DNA of 64,000 nt from the NCBI RefSeq assembly GCF_041248615.1, contig NZ_CP158426.1, one strand, 5' to 3'. The notes beneath the pieces were generated by a model. The model searched no databases, was not told the DNA's origin, and saw only the letters and a list, made by a program, of their open reading frames with translations. Source of the stretch: Escherichia coli (GTDB taxonomy: Bacteria; Pseudomonadota; Gammaproteobacteria; Enterobacterales; Enterobacteriaceae). A program made the position numbers and the translations under genes. Below are positions 29,637 through 43,907 of the stretch, piece by piece. Positions within the stretch are counted from its first letter, which is position 1, and every line of letters starts with the position of its first letter.

Positions 29637-31346
29637 TTACTGCACCGGCTCCGTCGACGTAACTTCACCACTGGAAACGACGCCTGCATTCATGGTTTGA
29701 GTCACTTGCTGCTTTGTGGCGTTCACGGCATGCAATTGCCCGCTAACCGTAGGTTTCAGCGGGACATTGGCCTGAATATCGCCGCTGGCGGTAAGCTGAA
29801 TATTGCCGTCGCCAGTCAACGGTAATTCAGGCCATCCCCACTGTTGCAAAATATTCACCGGCACACCGCGTCCATTCAGGCTGATATGGGTCTGACGTTG
29901 TGGCGTCTGTGAAACACTGGCGGTGGCTTCCAGAATGCCTTTTTCAGTAAATGCACTCAGTTCGCTGATATTCACCGTGCTGCTGTTGGCGGTCAGCGCC
30001 AGCGACGGGCGACGAACATCAACACGATTGAATGTCGCGGCGGCGGCATTCAGATTCGCCGAACCACTCCAGACGCCCCATTTATGATCGGTAACCAGCG
30101 TCAGGTTGGCACCGTAACCATCGAGCGCGGTGAGCTGCCACGGGAAGTCAGGGTCGATATCAATGATCAGATTGCGGCTGGCGCTAAATCTCTTCAGTTG
30201 CAGGCTGTTTAACCAACCCGGTGTCGTTTCCATCCACAACTGTTGCCAGTTTTTTGGCAAGGTATATTCCAGTCCGGCAATTGCCGCATCATCAAGGATC
30301 AACGTTTTCCCGTTGCGCAGCCAGTTTCCGGACGTTCTGACCATGCCCCCTTCCCAGCGGCTGGTGAACTGGCGCAGCGCTACGCCCTGCGGGGAAAATT
30401 CCGCGTTTATAATCGGGTCAAATAAATGCAGCGAACCATAAATGAACTCGCTAGCGTTCATCGACAGTTTGCCTTCCTGTGTCTGCCAGTCATCTTTACT
30501 GAAGGTCATGTTGCGCAAGCTGAGATCGAGGTCGGTCACCGCCCAGTCCGGACCTTGCAGGCGAGCGTCGATGACTTCCAGGCGACCAATCTGCAACGAC
30601 GGGACAGAGCGTAATGGCGCAAAGAAGTCGGTTAGCGATTTTTCGCTTTGTAGACGGATATCCGCCATGCGCAGATTTTCCACTTGCCAGCTGCCGTCGG
30701 CGTTACGCTGCGCGTTTCCGGTTAATGTCCCGCGGGCGATGTCGGCACCCAGGTTAGTCAGCGTAACGCGATCGTTATCAATACTGCCTTCAATCAGTAC
30801 ATTGGTGGCAGGAACATCATTGAGCGAAAGCGATCCGGCACTAAACTGAATCTGCGCCTTCGTACCCAGCACTTTACCGGCTTCAGGTGACCACGGAACC
30901 ACGCCGCCATTTACTCGCTGCGCGCTTAGTTTCCATTCGCTATTCGGGCTATTAAACGCCATATCACGCAGTTGCAGACGATCGGCTTTGAACGGTAGCG
31001 GCGCGGTCTGGTCGGTGAGATTCAGCGTCCCGTTTTCCAGCAGGATGGTATCGACATGGCGTGGTTCGGTCAGTTGCCGACTGCTTAGCGCAATGTCGAC
31101 ACTTTTTGCCACCAGGGTCGCGGGCTGACCATCACGACCAAACGTGACGTTCTCCAGCACGATATGAGATGGCGCGGAAAAACGGTGATCCATCGCTCCG
31201 AAGGCCAGATGATAGTCGCTATTCTCGGAAACCCATGCGCTGATATGTTCTGCTCCCCAGCGGGTTTGCAGAAGAAAATAGAGGCCAGCGATCACCACTA
31301 ACAGAGCGATGAGAATGTAAAGAAGCAGCTTCCCAATAAATTTCAT
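29637..31346 (-). CDS. yicH: YicH (AsmA-family protein)
   Basis: MKFIGKLLLYILIALLVVIAGLYFLLQTRWGAEHISAW... gives 569 aa from this start, as in K-12. Confidence 0.93.
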   Translation of the reverse strand: MKFIGKLLLYILIALLVVIAGLYFLLQTRWGAEHISAWVSENSDYHLAFGAMDHRFSAPSHIVLENVTFGRDGQPATLVAKSVDIALSSRQLTEPRHVDTILLENGTLNLTDQTAPLPFKADRLQLRDMAFNSPNSEWKLSAQRVNGGVVPWSPEAGKVLGTKAQIQFSAGSLSLNDVPATNVLIEGSIDNDRVTLTNLGADIARGTLTGNAQRNADGSWQVENLRMADIRLQSEKSLTDFFAPLRSVPSLQIGRLEVIDARLQGPDWAVTDLDLSLRNMTFSKDDWQTQEGKLSMNASEFIYGSLHLFDPIINAEFSPQGVALRQFTSRWEGGMVRTSGNWLRNGKTLILDDAAIAGLEYTLPKNWQQLWMETTPGWLNSLQLKRFSASRNLIIDIDPDFPWQLTALDGYGANLTLVTDHKWGVWSGSANLNAAAATFNRVDVRRPSLALTANSSTVNISELSAFTEKGILEATASVSQTPQRQTHISLNGRGVPVNILQQWGWPELPLTGDGNIQLTASGDIQANVPLKPTVSGQLHAVNATKQQVTQTMNAGVVSSGEVTSTEPVQ

Positions 31347-31466
31347 GGTCTTCCATCCCGTGAAAAGCACATAAGGGAGTTATGCACGATTTACGCGCAA
31401 TCCTCAAGGCGGGAATGGTGAAAGAGGTGAGACTGCGGCGGTAATTATCTTACCGCCGCCAGTGAA

Positions 31467-32858
31467 TTACTGTTTTTCTGGTGGGAAAATCAGATTCAGC
31501 ACGATGGCAGTAATACCGCCCGCGGCGATCCCGGAGGAGAGCAGGTTTTTCAGCCACTCAGGGGCAAACTGCAAAATCAGCGGCTGCTGAGAGACGCCCA
31601 GACCGACCGCCAGCGACAGCGCGATAATCAGAATCGCCCGACGGTTCAGCGGCTCACGAGAAACGATACGCACACCGGAGGCGGCGATAGTGCCAAACAT
31701 TACAAGCGTTGCGCCGCCCAGAACCGGTTCTGGAATGTGTTGTACAAAACCGCTCACTGCCGGGAACAGACCCAGCACGATCAACATCAGCGCGACGACA
31801 AAACCGACATAGCGGCTGGCAACACCGGTCAACTGGATCACTCCGTTGTTCTGCCCGAAGCAGGAGTTCGGGAAGGTGTTAAACACCGCCGAAACAAACG
31901 AGTTCAGGCCGTTTGCCAGCACGCCGCCTTTCAGGCGTTTCATGTACAGCGGACCGGACACTGGCTGTTCGGAAACGTCAGAGGTCGCCGTGATATCGCC
32001 AATGGTTTCCAGCGAAGTGATCATAAAGACCAGCATCAGCGGCAGCAGCAGACTCCATTCAATGCCAAGACCGTAATAGAGCGGCGTTGGCACCATAATC
32101 AGTTCTTGTGTCATCGGTTCGTTGCTTTCTGGCAACATGCCCATAAACCACGCCAGCGCATATCCGGCCGCCATCGCAATTACCAGTGAGGCCACGCGTA
32201 AGTAAGGGTTACGTTGACGGTTAAGCAGGATAATTAAGGCTAAAACCACGCCTGCCAGCAGCAGATTTTTCGGTGCGCCGAAGGTGTTATCGCTCATGGC
32301 TGCGTAACCGCCGCCAATGGAGGTCAGCCCCACCTGAATTAGCGACAGGCCGATAATCATCACCACAACGCCAGAAACCAGCGGCGTAATAATGCGGCGC
32401 GCCAGATGCAGAACGCGGGAGATCACCATCTCGGTGCAACTTGCCAGCATCAACGTGCCAAACAAAGCCGCCATCATGGTAGGAACATCAGCACCACCGG
32501 TTTTCAGCGCGGTACCGCCCATAATCAGTGGGGCAACAAAGTTGAAGCTGGTGCCCTGAATAGACAACAGCCCGGAGCCAACCGGACCCCAGGCCTTAAT
32601 TTGAATAATCGATGCCACACCGGAGGCAAACAGCGACATACTAATAATGTGTTGCGTGTCTTGTGCCGGTAAACCCAGCGCCTGGCAGATTAATAGCGCT
32701 GGCGTGATCACCGCAACGAACATCGCCAGCAAATGCTGACAGGCGGCAAACAGGGTTTGAGGAAGCGGCGGACGATCTTCAAGACGGTAAATCAGTTCGC
32801 TGTTTTGAGTCTGCGCAACCGGTTGCGCATTTTCTGACTCGAGGGTGGAAACAGACAT
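31467..32858 (-). CDS. xanP: XanP (YicE) xanthine permease
   Basis: [34 protein letters not shown]... gives 463 aa. It belongs to the NCS2 family. Confidence 0.95.
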
Positions 32859-33136
32859 CGAAAACAATCCCGTGGTAGCAAAGCGGGCATTTTAGCTGAC
32901 CGAAAGAGAAAAGCAAACGTTTGCCACATCCTCATCTAAATATTTAAATGAGATAAATGCACTTTTTTATATAACTTTTGGTATTTTTCTGCTTAAAATC
33001 CATGCCATTTGTTCATTAACAGCTGAGAATTTGACCCAGGAAAGCATAACTCGATACCCGTCATAGTTCATAAGTTGCCACTGCGCGATGAAGTATGACG
33101 AGTATGAAAGAGTGATGCGGATACAAAGGAGTAACT

Positions 33137-34342
33137 ATGTTTCATCTCGATACTTTAGCAACGCTTGTTGCCGCAACGCTGACGTTGCTGCTCGGGCGTA
33201 AGTTGGTCCATTCCGTCTCCTTTTTGAAGAAATACACCATACCGGAACCTGTTGCGGGTGGTTTGTTGGTGGCGCTGGCGCTACTGGTACTGAAAAAAAG
33301 CATGGGCTGGGAAGTCAACTTTGATATGTCCCTGCGCGATCCGTTAATGCTGGCATTCTTCGCCACCATTGGCCTGAACGCCAACATTGCCAGTTTGCGT
33401 GCCGGTGGGCGTGTGGTTGGCATCTTCCTGATTGTGGTTGTTGGTCTGTTGGTGATGCAAAATGCCATTGGCATTGGTATGGCTAGCCTGTTAGGGCTTG
33501 ATCCGCTGATGGGGCTGTTGGCCGGTTCTATTACGCTTTCCGGCGGTCACGGTACGGGCGCTGCGTGGAGTAAATTGTTCATTGAACGCTATGGCTTCAC
33601 CAATGCGACGGAAGTGGCGATGGCCTGTGCGACGTTTGGTCTGGTGCTGGGCGGCTTGATTGGCGGTCCGGTAGCGCGCTATCTGGTGAAACACTCCACC
33701 ACGCCGAACGGTATTCCGGATGACCAGGAAGTCCCGACGGCGTTCGAAAAGCCGGATGTGGGCCGCATGATCACCTCGCTGGTGCTGATTGAAACTATCG
33801 CGCTGATTGCTATCTGCCTGACGGTGGGGAAAATTGTTGCGCAACTTTTGGCTGGCACTGCTTTTGAACTGCCGACCTTCGTCTGTGTCCTGTTTGTTGG
33901 CGTGATTCTGAGCAACGGTCTGTCAATGATGGGCTTTTACCGTGTCTTTGAGCGTGCGGTATCCGTGCTGGGTAACGTAAGCCTGTCGTTGTTCCTGGCG
34001 ATGGCGCTGATGGGGCTGAAACTATGGGAGCTGGCTTCGCTGGCGCTGCCGATGCTGGCGATTCTGGTGGTACAGACCATCTTCATGGCGTTGTATGCCA
34101 TCTTCGTTACCTGGCGCATGATGGGCAAAAACTACGATGCGGCGGTGCTTGCTGCGGGTCATTGTGGTTTTGGCCTCGGTGCAACGCCAACGGCAATCGC
34201 CAACATGCAGGCGATCACTGAACGTTTTGGCCCGTCGCACATGGCCTTCCTGGTAGTGCCGATGGTCGGTGCGTTCTTTATTGATATCGTTAACGCGCTG
34301 GTGATTAAGCTGTATTTAATGTTGCCGATTTTTGCCGGTTAA
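33137..34342 (+). CDS. gltS: GltS sodium/glutamate symporter
   Basis: 401 aa starting MFHLDTLATLVAATLTLLLGRKLVHSVSFLKKYTIPEPVAGG..., matching K-12 gltS. Confidence 0.95.
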   Translation: MFHLDTLATLVAATLTLLLGRKLVHSVSFLKKYTIPEPVAGGLLVALALLVLKKSMGWEVNFDMSLRDPLMLAFFATIGLNANIASLRAGGRVVGIFLIVVVGLLVMQNAIGIGMASLLGLDPLMGLLAGSITLSGGHGTGAAWSKLFIERYGFTNATEVAMACATFGLVLGGLIGGPVARYLVKHSTTPNGIPDDQEVPTAFEKPDVGRMITSLVLIETIALIAICLTVGKIVAQLLAGTAFELPTFVCVLFVGVILSNGLSMMGFYRVFERAVSVLGNVSLSLFLAMALMGLKLWELASLALPMLAILVVQTIFMALYAIFVTWRMMGKNYDAAVLAAGHCGFGLGATPTAIANMQAITERFGPSHMAFLVVPMVGAFFIDIVNALVIKLYLMLPIFAG

Positions 34343-34344
34343 AA

Positions 34345-35211
34345 ATGAAAAAGCGTCGGAAGGAACCGGAAACGCTACGTGAACACTGTCGCCATATTTT
34401 TGGTGACGAGCCGCCAGTGCTCTGTGTATGGGAAACGGAATTTGATTACGCAGATGCCGAACTCAAGGCGCTGGCGGCTAAAGAGTGGCAACAGATAGGC
34501 GAATGGGATTTGAGTGCTTACTATGTACTCAATCTCGTTTATAACGAACCGATGCAAATAGAGCTGTTTCGCTATCTGTTTCCGCTATGCCTGGCGCAAT
34601 GGCATGAAACCGTTTTAGCTGGCGGTTATGGTGATCACTTCGAAGAATCCTTAATGAAGGCATTGCGTCGGCCCTATCTCTGGCAGGAGATGATGAATGC
34701 TTCCCAACGCCAGCAGGTACGGCAATTTTTACTGGAAACCGCGTTGCAGCGTATGGATAACGAGCGTGGTTTCAATAATGTTCTTTGCTGGCTGGCGGTG
34801 TTCAATACTCTGGGCGGGGCCGCGCCGTTAATTCATTCTCTCTGGTCACGCTGGTGGGTGCTGGATACGCCGGGAAAAGCGGTGTGTGCTATTCAGTATG
34901 CCGCGCATCTAATTTATCCCATAGAAGCCAATCCGTTATGGTCGCAAGAATGGTTAGGCTGGGGGCATCCATTAGGTCATAAAGATGGCTGGTCCTCTGA
35001 GAATCGCGCTTTTCTTCGCCAAATGTTAACACCTGAAATGATTGTGGCTGGCGTACAGGCAGCGGCTGAAATTCTGCGTGGTGAACCGGAAGGCGCAATG
35101 GCGGCGCGAATTGCGCAGGATGCGTATGAGGCAGTGGATATCATCACTATCCAGATTGAAGATTTACTGCGTGACTTGTCTTGTGATGAGTCTGGTCATG
35201 CGTTGGAGTAG
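34345..35211 (+). CDS. Hypothetical 288-aa Trp-rich cytoplasmic protein between gltS and recG
   Basis: The ATG is 2 nt after the gltS stop. The ORF is long, with backbone-like GC and no obvious Shine-Dalgarno sequence. Its 3' end overlaps the recG 3' end by 16 nt. I recognise no family. Confidence 0.55.
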   Translation: MKKRRKEPETLREHCRHIFGDEPPVLCVWETEFDYADAELKALAAKEWQQIGEWDLSAYYVLNLVYNEPMQIELFRYLFPLCLAQWHETVLAGGYGDHFEESLMKALRRPYLWQEMMNASQRQQVRQFLLETALQRMDNERGFNNVLCWLAVFNTLGGAAPLIHSLWSRWWVLDTPGKAVCAIQYAAHLIYPIEANPLWSQEWLGWGHPLGHKDGWSSENRAFLRQMLTPEMIVAGVQAAAEILRGEPEGAMAARIAQDAYEAVDIITIQIEDLLRDLSCDESGHALE

Positions 35212-37277
35212 CGTTCTGTTTCTGGCATCCAGCGTTCTATCAGGGCTTTTGCCTGTTGTGGGTAACGTTCGTGAATATGTCGCGCCAGGCGCTGAACTTC
35301 CGGGATCATCGCCTGATCGCGCAGTAAATCCGCCACTTTAAACTCAGCATTACCCGTCTGACGCGTACCTAACAGTTCACCCGGTCCGCGAATCTCTAAG
35401 TCTTTCTGTGCAATCACAAAACCGTCGTTGCTGTCGCGCAGTACCTGCAGGCGAATTTGCGCCGTTTTAGAGAGCGGTGTTTTGTAGAGCAACACGCAGT
35501 GAGAAGCCACCGCACCACGACCTACACGCCCGCGAAGCTGGTGCAACTGCGCCAGACCCAGACGCTCCGGGTTTTCGATAATCATCAGGCTGGCGTTAGG
35601 CACATCAACGCCGACTTCAATAACGGTAGTGGCAACCAGCAGGTGTAACTCGCCTTGTTTAAATGATGCCATGACGGCCTGCTTCTCGGCTGGTTTCATC
35701 CGTCCGTGTACCAGACCAACATTCAACTCTGGTAGCGCCAGTTTCAACTCTTCCCAGGTAGCTTCCGCCGCCTGCGCTTCCAGTAACTCTGACTCTTCAA
35801 TGAGTGTGCACACCCAGTACGCCTGACGCCCTTCAGTCATACAGGCGTGGCGCACGCGGTCGATAATGTCGTTACGACGCGTATCCGGGATTGCCACTGT
35901 CGTCACTGGCGTGCGGCCTGGCGGCAGCTCATCTATCACCGAGGTATCGAGATCGGCATACGCAGTCATCGCCAGCGTGCGGGGGATCGGCGTGGCGGTC
36001 ATGATCAACTGATGCGGATGGAAGCCTTGCTGCTGGCCTTTCTCCCATAACGCCAGACGCTGATGCACGCCAAAACGATGCTGTTCGTCGATAATCACCA
36101 GCGCCAGGCCGTTAAACTGCACCTGTTCCTGGAAGATGGCGTGCGTACCAACAATCATCTGCACCTGACCGCTGGCAATGGCTTCCTGCTGAGACAGTCG
36201 CGCTTTACCTTTCTGCTTACCGGCGAGCCAGCCCACTTCGATACCGAGCGGTGCAAACCAGTTGCGGAAGTTATTGGCGTGCTGTTCGGCGAGTAATTCG
36301 GTTGGTGCCATCAATGCCACCTGTTTGCCGTGCGCAATCGCACGCAACGCGGCGAGGGCGGCGACCAGCGTTTTACCGGAACCTACATCGCCCTGCACCA
36401 GGCGCATCATCGGCACATCCAGCGCCATATCGCGCTCGATCTCCGCCGCTACGCGTGCCTGTGCGCCCGTTGGCTTGAACGGTAAGGCTGCGAGGAGTTT
36501 ATTTTTCAGCGCGTCATTGGCGCTAAGCGGCTGGGCATGGAAACGTTGTGCACCAGCGCGTAACGCCAACATGCTGAGGTTGTGCGCAAGCAGTTCTTCC
36601 AGAATCAGACGGCGTTGTGCTGGATGCTGTCCGGTTTCGAGATCGCTAAGCTGTAGCGTCGGCGGCGGGCGGTGCAAAGTGCGCAACGCTTCCGGTAGCG
36701 TCATCATTCCTTGTGACAGTTCCGGCGGCAGGAGTTCTTCAATGGCGCAGGTGTCGAGCAGATCCAGCGCCTGATCGGTTAATTTACGCAGCGTGGCCTG
36801 CTTTACGCCTTCCGTAGTTGGGTAAACCGGCGTGAGCGTTTCCTGTAATTCTGGCGTGCTGAGATCGCCCTGCACGCGGTATTCCGGGTGGATCATCTCC
36901 GCACCATATTTACCGCGCTTTGCTTCGCCATAAGCCAGTACACGGCGGCCCGTCGCCAGGCTATTTTTCATTGCCGCGTTGAAGTTGAAAAAGCGCATGG
37001 TGAGAATGCCGGAACCGTCGCTGATCTGGCAGGTCATCATCCGCCGACCGCCGAAGGAGATATTGCAGTTCAGCACTTCGCCTTCCACCGTGGCATAAAC
37101 ACCCGGCAGTAGTTCTCCGATGGGGTAGAGATGGGTGCGATCTTCGTAGCGCAGGGGAAGGTGTAAGAGTAGATCCTGCACGGTATGCAGGTTGATTTTC
37201 GCCAGTTTGTTACTAAGTGCTGCGCCAACGCCCGTTAGGGAACTGAGTGGGACAGCATCTAACAGGCGACCTTTCAT
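35196..37277 (-). CDS. recG: RecG ATP-dependent DNA helicase
   Basis: MKGRLLDAVPLSSLTGVGAALSNKLAKINLHTVQDLL... gives 693 aa, with Walker A GDVGSGKT and a DEQH box. Confidence 0.97.
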   Translation of the reverse strand: MKGRLLDAVPLSSLTGVGAALSNKLAKINLHTVQDLLLHLPLRYEDRTHLYPIGELLPGVYATVEGEVLNCNISFGGRRMMTCQISDGSGILTMRFFNFNAAMKNSLATGRRVLAYGEAKRGKYGAEMIHPEYRVQGDLSTPELQETLTPVYPTTEGVKQATLRKLTDQALDLLDTCAIEELLPPELSQGMMTLPEALRTLHRPPPTLQLSDLETGQHPAQRRLILEELLAHNLSMLALRAGAQRFHAQPLSANDALKNKLLAALPFKPTGAQARVAAEIERDMALDVPMMRLVQGDVGSGKTLVAALAALRAIAHGKQVALMAPTELLAEQHANNFRNWFAPLGIEVGWLAGKQKGKARLSQQEAIASGQVQMIVGTHAIFQEQVQFNGLALVIIDEQHRFGVHQRLALWEKGQQQGFHPHQLIMTATPIPRTLAMTAYADLDTSVIDELPPGRTPVTTVAIPDTRRNDIIDRVRHACMTEGRQAYWVCTLIEESELLEAQAAEATWEELKLALPELNVGLVHGRMKPAEKQAVMASFKQGELHLLVATTVIEVGVDVPNASLMIIENPERLGLAQLHQLRGRVGRGAVASHCVLLYKTPLSKTAQIRLQVLRDSNDGFVIAQKDLEIRGPGELLGTRQTGNAEFKVADLLRDQAMIPEVQRLARHIHERYPQQAKALIERWMPETERYSNA

Positions 37278-37282
37278 GGCAC

Positions 37283-37972
37283 TTACCCTGCAGCCTGCAT
37301 AGTAGCCCACCAGTCGGCATCAGCTTCGATCTCGCCTTGCTGATTGACGTGGGGATAAGGCAGGCCTTTGCGTTTTGCGACTTTCGCCAGCACCGGATAG
37401 CCGCCTTCAAACAACAGGCGTTGTTGCTCTGCTTCCGGCAACATGCTGTTTTCACGCAGGTACATGCCTGCATTTTGCCGCTGACGCTGGGCTTCGTAAA
37501 GAATGAGGGCTGAGGCAACGGAAACATTCAGCGACTGCACCATGCCGATCATCGGAATGATGATGTCCTGATCCGCCAGGGCCAATGCTTCCTGCGTGAT
37601 GCCCGTTTTCTCCTGTCCCATCAAAATGCAGGTCGGGCGAGTGTAATCAATTTCGCGGAAATCGACAGCGTTATCAGAAAGATGGGTTGCCAGAATCTGC
37701 ATGCCCTGGCCTTTCAGATGAGCGACGGCATCGCCAATGGTGCGGTGCGTTTTCACCTGTACCCAGCTGTTACTACCCGCAGCTGCCGAAGCCATGGTGC
37801 GCATCCGGCTACCAGGCCAGACAGCATGAACTTCATGTACACCAACGGCATCTGCGGTACGAATAATCGCAGAAACGTTATGAGGTTTGTGGACCTGCTC
37901 CATGCAGACGGTCAGATCAGGCTGCCGCCTGGCGAGCATTTCGCAGATACGTGCATAACGTGTTGGGTTCAT
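37283..37972 (-). CDS. trmH: TrmH (SpoU) tRNA (Gm18) 2'-O-methyltransferase
   Basis: 229 aa starting MNPTRYARICEMLARRQPDLTVCMEQVHKPHNVSAIIRTADAVG... Confidence 0.95.
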   Translation of the reverse strand: MNPTRYARICEMLARRQPDLTVCMEQVHKPHNVSAIIRTADAVGVHEVHAVWPGSRMRTMASAAAGSNSWVQVKTHRTIGDAVAHLKGQGMQILATHLSDNAVDFREIDYTRPTCILMGQEKTGITQEALALADQDIIIPMIGMVQSLNVSVASALILYEAQRQRQNAGMYLRENSMLPEAEQQRLLFEGGYPVLAKVAKRKGLPYPHVNQQGEIEADADWWATMQAAG

Positions 37973-37978
37973 AAAACA

Positions 37979-40087
37979 TTAATTTCGGTTTCGGGTGACT
38001 TTAATCACGTCTGGCATCACGCGGATTTTGCGCATGATATTCGCCAGATGCACACGGTCACGGGCGGTCAGACGAATAAAGGCGCTGTAGACGCGACCAT
38101 CTTTCTCTTCCGTATTCAAACTTTGAATATTCGAGGTGGTGGTGTTAATTGCCGCTGTCAGGTTTGCCAGCGCGCCCTGATGATTGAACATCTCCACCTT
38201 GATTTCGGTGATGAACTCCTGCGCCGTCTCTTTATCCCATTCCACAGCCATAAACTTCTCAGGCTCTTTCTGGTAGCCACGGATGTTACGGCAGGATTCA
38301 TGGTGGATCACCAGACCTTTACCGGGGCTGACGTGGGCGATAATCGGGTCGCCAGGAATAGGGCGGCAGCATTTCGCAAAGGTGATCAGCACGCCATCGG
38401 CACCTTTAATGGGCAGATGTCCGTGACTTTGGGTTGCCGGTGGAATGGAGGCGTCCCCATGTTGCAGATTTTTCGCGACCACCACGCTCATTGCGTTACC
38501 AAGGCCGATTTCAGCCAGCAGATCGTCAAGCGTTGCCAGCTTCATGCGGTCCAGCTCGCGCTGAATATTTTCCTGCGGGATTTCATTGAGCTTGCGGCTG
38601 CCACCCAACGCATGGTTGAGCAGACGACGGCCCAGGCTTACAGAATCATCACGCTTGAGGTTTTTCAGCAATTGACGAATTTTGGCGCGCGCTTTCGAGC
38701 TAACGACAAAGTTCAGCCACGCGGCATTCGGGCGAGCGCCAGGTGCGGTAATAATTTCAACGGTTTGACCGCTGGTAAGCGGCTGCGACAGCGGGTAAGG
38801 CTGGCGGTCGACGCGTGCGCCCACGCAGGCATGACCGATATCGGTATGCACCGCATAAGCGAAGTCGACGGGCGTTGCACCGGCAGGCAGCTCTACAATG
38901 CGCCCTTCCGGTGTGAAAACGTAAATTTCATCCGGGAAGAGATCGGATTTAACGCTCTCGATAAATTCAAACGAGCTACCGGCACTCTGTTGCAGCTCCA
39001 GCAGGCTTTGCATCCAGCGCTGGGCGCGGATTTGTGCGGTAGTACTGGTTTCGCCGTGCTCTTTATAAGCCCAGTGCGCGGCAACACCCATCTCTGCCAT
39101 CTGATCCATATCTTCGGTACGGATCTGGACCTCAACCGGCACGCCGTGCGGGCCAATCATCGAGGTGTGCAAAGACTGATAGCCGTTCGCTTTTGGAATG
39201 GCGATGTAGTCTTTCACGCGACCCGGACGCGGCTTGTACAGGCTATGCATTTGCCCGAGCACGCGATAACAGGTGTCGGAATCATTGACGATCACGCGGA
39301 AGGCGTAGATGTCCATGATTGAGTGAAAACGCTGCTCTTTGAGCACCATTTTGCAGTAGATCGAATAAAGATGCTTTTCGCGACCACTGACGCGGCACGG
39401 TATTCCCGCTTCCTGCAAACGCCCTTCGATTTCAGAAAGAATCTTCTGGATCATCTCTTTACGGTTGCCGCGCGCGGCTTTCACCACTTCTTTGATTACG
39501 CGATAACGGTTGGGATACAGCGCCTCAAAACCCAGCTCTTCGAGTTCGGTTTTAATGTGGTGGATACCTAAACGGTGCGCCAGCGGGCTGTAAATTTCGA
39601 GTGTTTCACGGGCGATGCGGCGACGTTTGTCCGGGCGAAGTGAGCCCAGCGTGCGCATGTTGTGGGTACGGTCGGCAAGTTTGATGAGAATGACGCGGAT
39701 ATCCTGCACCATCGCCATAATCATCTTGCGAAAGTTTTCGGCCTGCGCCTCTTTCTTATCGCGGAACTTGAGCTTATCAAGTTTCGACACCCCCTCTACC
39801 AGCTCGGCGACGCTTTTACCAAAAAGCTGTTCCATGTCCTGGTAGGTGGCGGGAGTATCTTCAATCACGTCATGCAGCAGTGCCGCCATTAGCGTTTCAT
39901 AGTCGAGTTTCATCTCGGCCAGAATGCAGGCAACCGCCACCGGGTGCGTGATATAGGGTTCACCGCTTGAACGTGTTTGCCCCTCGTGAGCATCACGTGC
40001 AACGAGATACGCCTGCCGCAGACGCTTGATTTGGTCTTCCGGCAGGTAGGTTTGAATCAGTTGATTCAGGCTTTCAAACAGATACAA
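37979..40087 (-). CDS. spoT: SpoT bifunctional (p)ppGpp synthetase/hydrolase
   Basis: 702 aa starting MYLFESLNQLIQTYLPEDQIKRLRQAYLVARDAHEGQTRSSGEPYITHPVAVA... (HD domain). Confidence 0.97.
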   Translation of the reverse strand: MYLFESLNQLIQTYLPEDQIKRLRQAYLVARDAHEGQTRSSGEPYITHPVAVACILAEMKLDYETLMAALLHDVIEDTPATYQDMEQLFGKSVAELVEGVSKLDKLKFRDKKEAQAENFRKMIMAMVQDIRVILIKLADRTHNMRTLGSLRPDKRRRIARETLEIYSPLAHRLGIHHIKTELEELGFEALYPNRYRVIKEVVKAARGNRKEMIQKILSEIEGRLQEAGIPCRVSGREKHLYSIYCKMVLKEQRFHSIMDIYAFRVIVNDSDTCYRVLGQMHSLYKPRPGRVKDYIAIPKANGYQSLHTSMIGPHGVPVEVQIRTEDMDQMAEMGVAAHWAYKEHGETSTTAQIRAQRWMQSLLELQQSAGSSFEFIESVKSDLFPDEIYVFTPEGRIVELPAGATPVDFAYAVHTDIGHACVGARVDRQPYPLSQPLTSGQTVEIITAPGARPNAAWLNFVVSSKARAKIRQLLKNLKRDDSVSLGRRLLNHALGGSRKLNEIPQENIQRELDRMKLATLDDLLAEIGLGNAMSVVVAKNLQHGDASIPPATQSHGHLPIKGADGVLITFAKCCRPIPGDPIIAHVSPGKGLVIHHESCRNIRGYQKEPEKFMAVEWDKETAQEFITEIKVEMFNHQGALANLTAAINTTTSNIQSLNTEEKDGRVYSAFIRLTARDRVHLANIMRKIRVMPDVIKVTRNRN

Positions 40088-40105
40088 GGGCGACCCGCTT
40101 TGTGA

Positions 40106-40381
40106 TTAACGACGACCTTCAGCAATAGCGGTAACGGCTTGTAATTCAGCGGCTTCCTGCTCTTGCTGTTCCTGGCGTTCGCGAACGTCGAGGATCTGGT
40201 TGTTGATCAGACCTTCTTCGATTTCGCGCAGCGCGATTACAGTGGTTTTATCGTTTTCTTCCGGTACCAGCGGATCCTTTCCGCCTACCTGCATCTGACG
40301 AGCGCGACGCGCGGCGACCAGTACCAGGTCAAAACGGTTACCAATTTTCTCTACAGCGTCCTGAACAGTTACGCGTGCCAT
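40106..40381 (-). CDS. rpoZ: RNA polymerase omega subunit
   Basis: 91 aa starting [45 protein letters not shown]... Confidence 0.97.
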
Positions 40382-40435
40382 ACTTAAAAAGCTCCACAGG
40401 TGAAGAAATGACTGGGCATGATACTGAAATCAGGT

Positions 40436-41223
<788 letters not shown>

Positions 41224-41224
41224 C

Positions 41225-43616
<2,392 letters not shown>

Positions 43617-43907
43617 GGTTCTCTCCCTAAAAATCTGTCTGGCAGGGTAGCGATTTGTGCGTATTGTCACGATTGAGATTTTTTAAGGTGAGAGGAAATT
43701 GATAACTTGTAGTTATGTGAAATCGCTATTTTCTGTAGCGTAGATGCATTCTTCTGACTTCTTGTCTGAGAAAATGCATAAGAAAAAATAGGTTAAAATT
43801 GAGGGGTGGAAAAGAAAGGTGCAATGTTTAGCCATTGTGTTCACCGCACCTGGACTTTGGCTTACGCATCGGGTATCTCAATCAACAAAAAGAGTTTTTA
43901 GTTTCTG

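Noticed and set aside
37682-39322. 546-aa plus-strand ORF (and several 60-170-aa ORFs) across trmH/spoT/recG
   Set aside because: These are antisense shadows of unmistakable spoT, trmH and recG reading frames. Their composition is Arg/His/Cys-rich and non-protein-like, with no RBS context.
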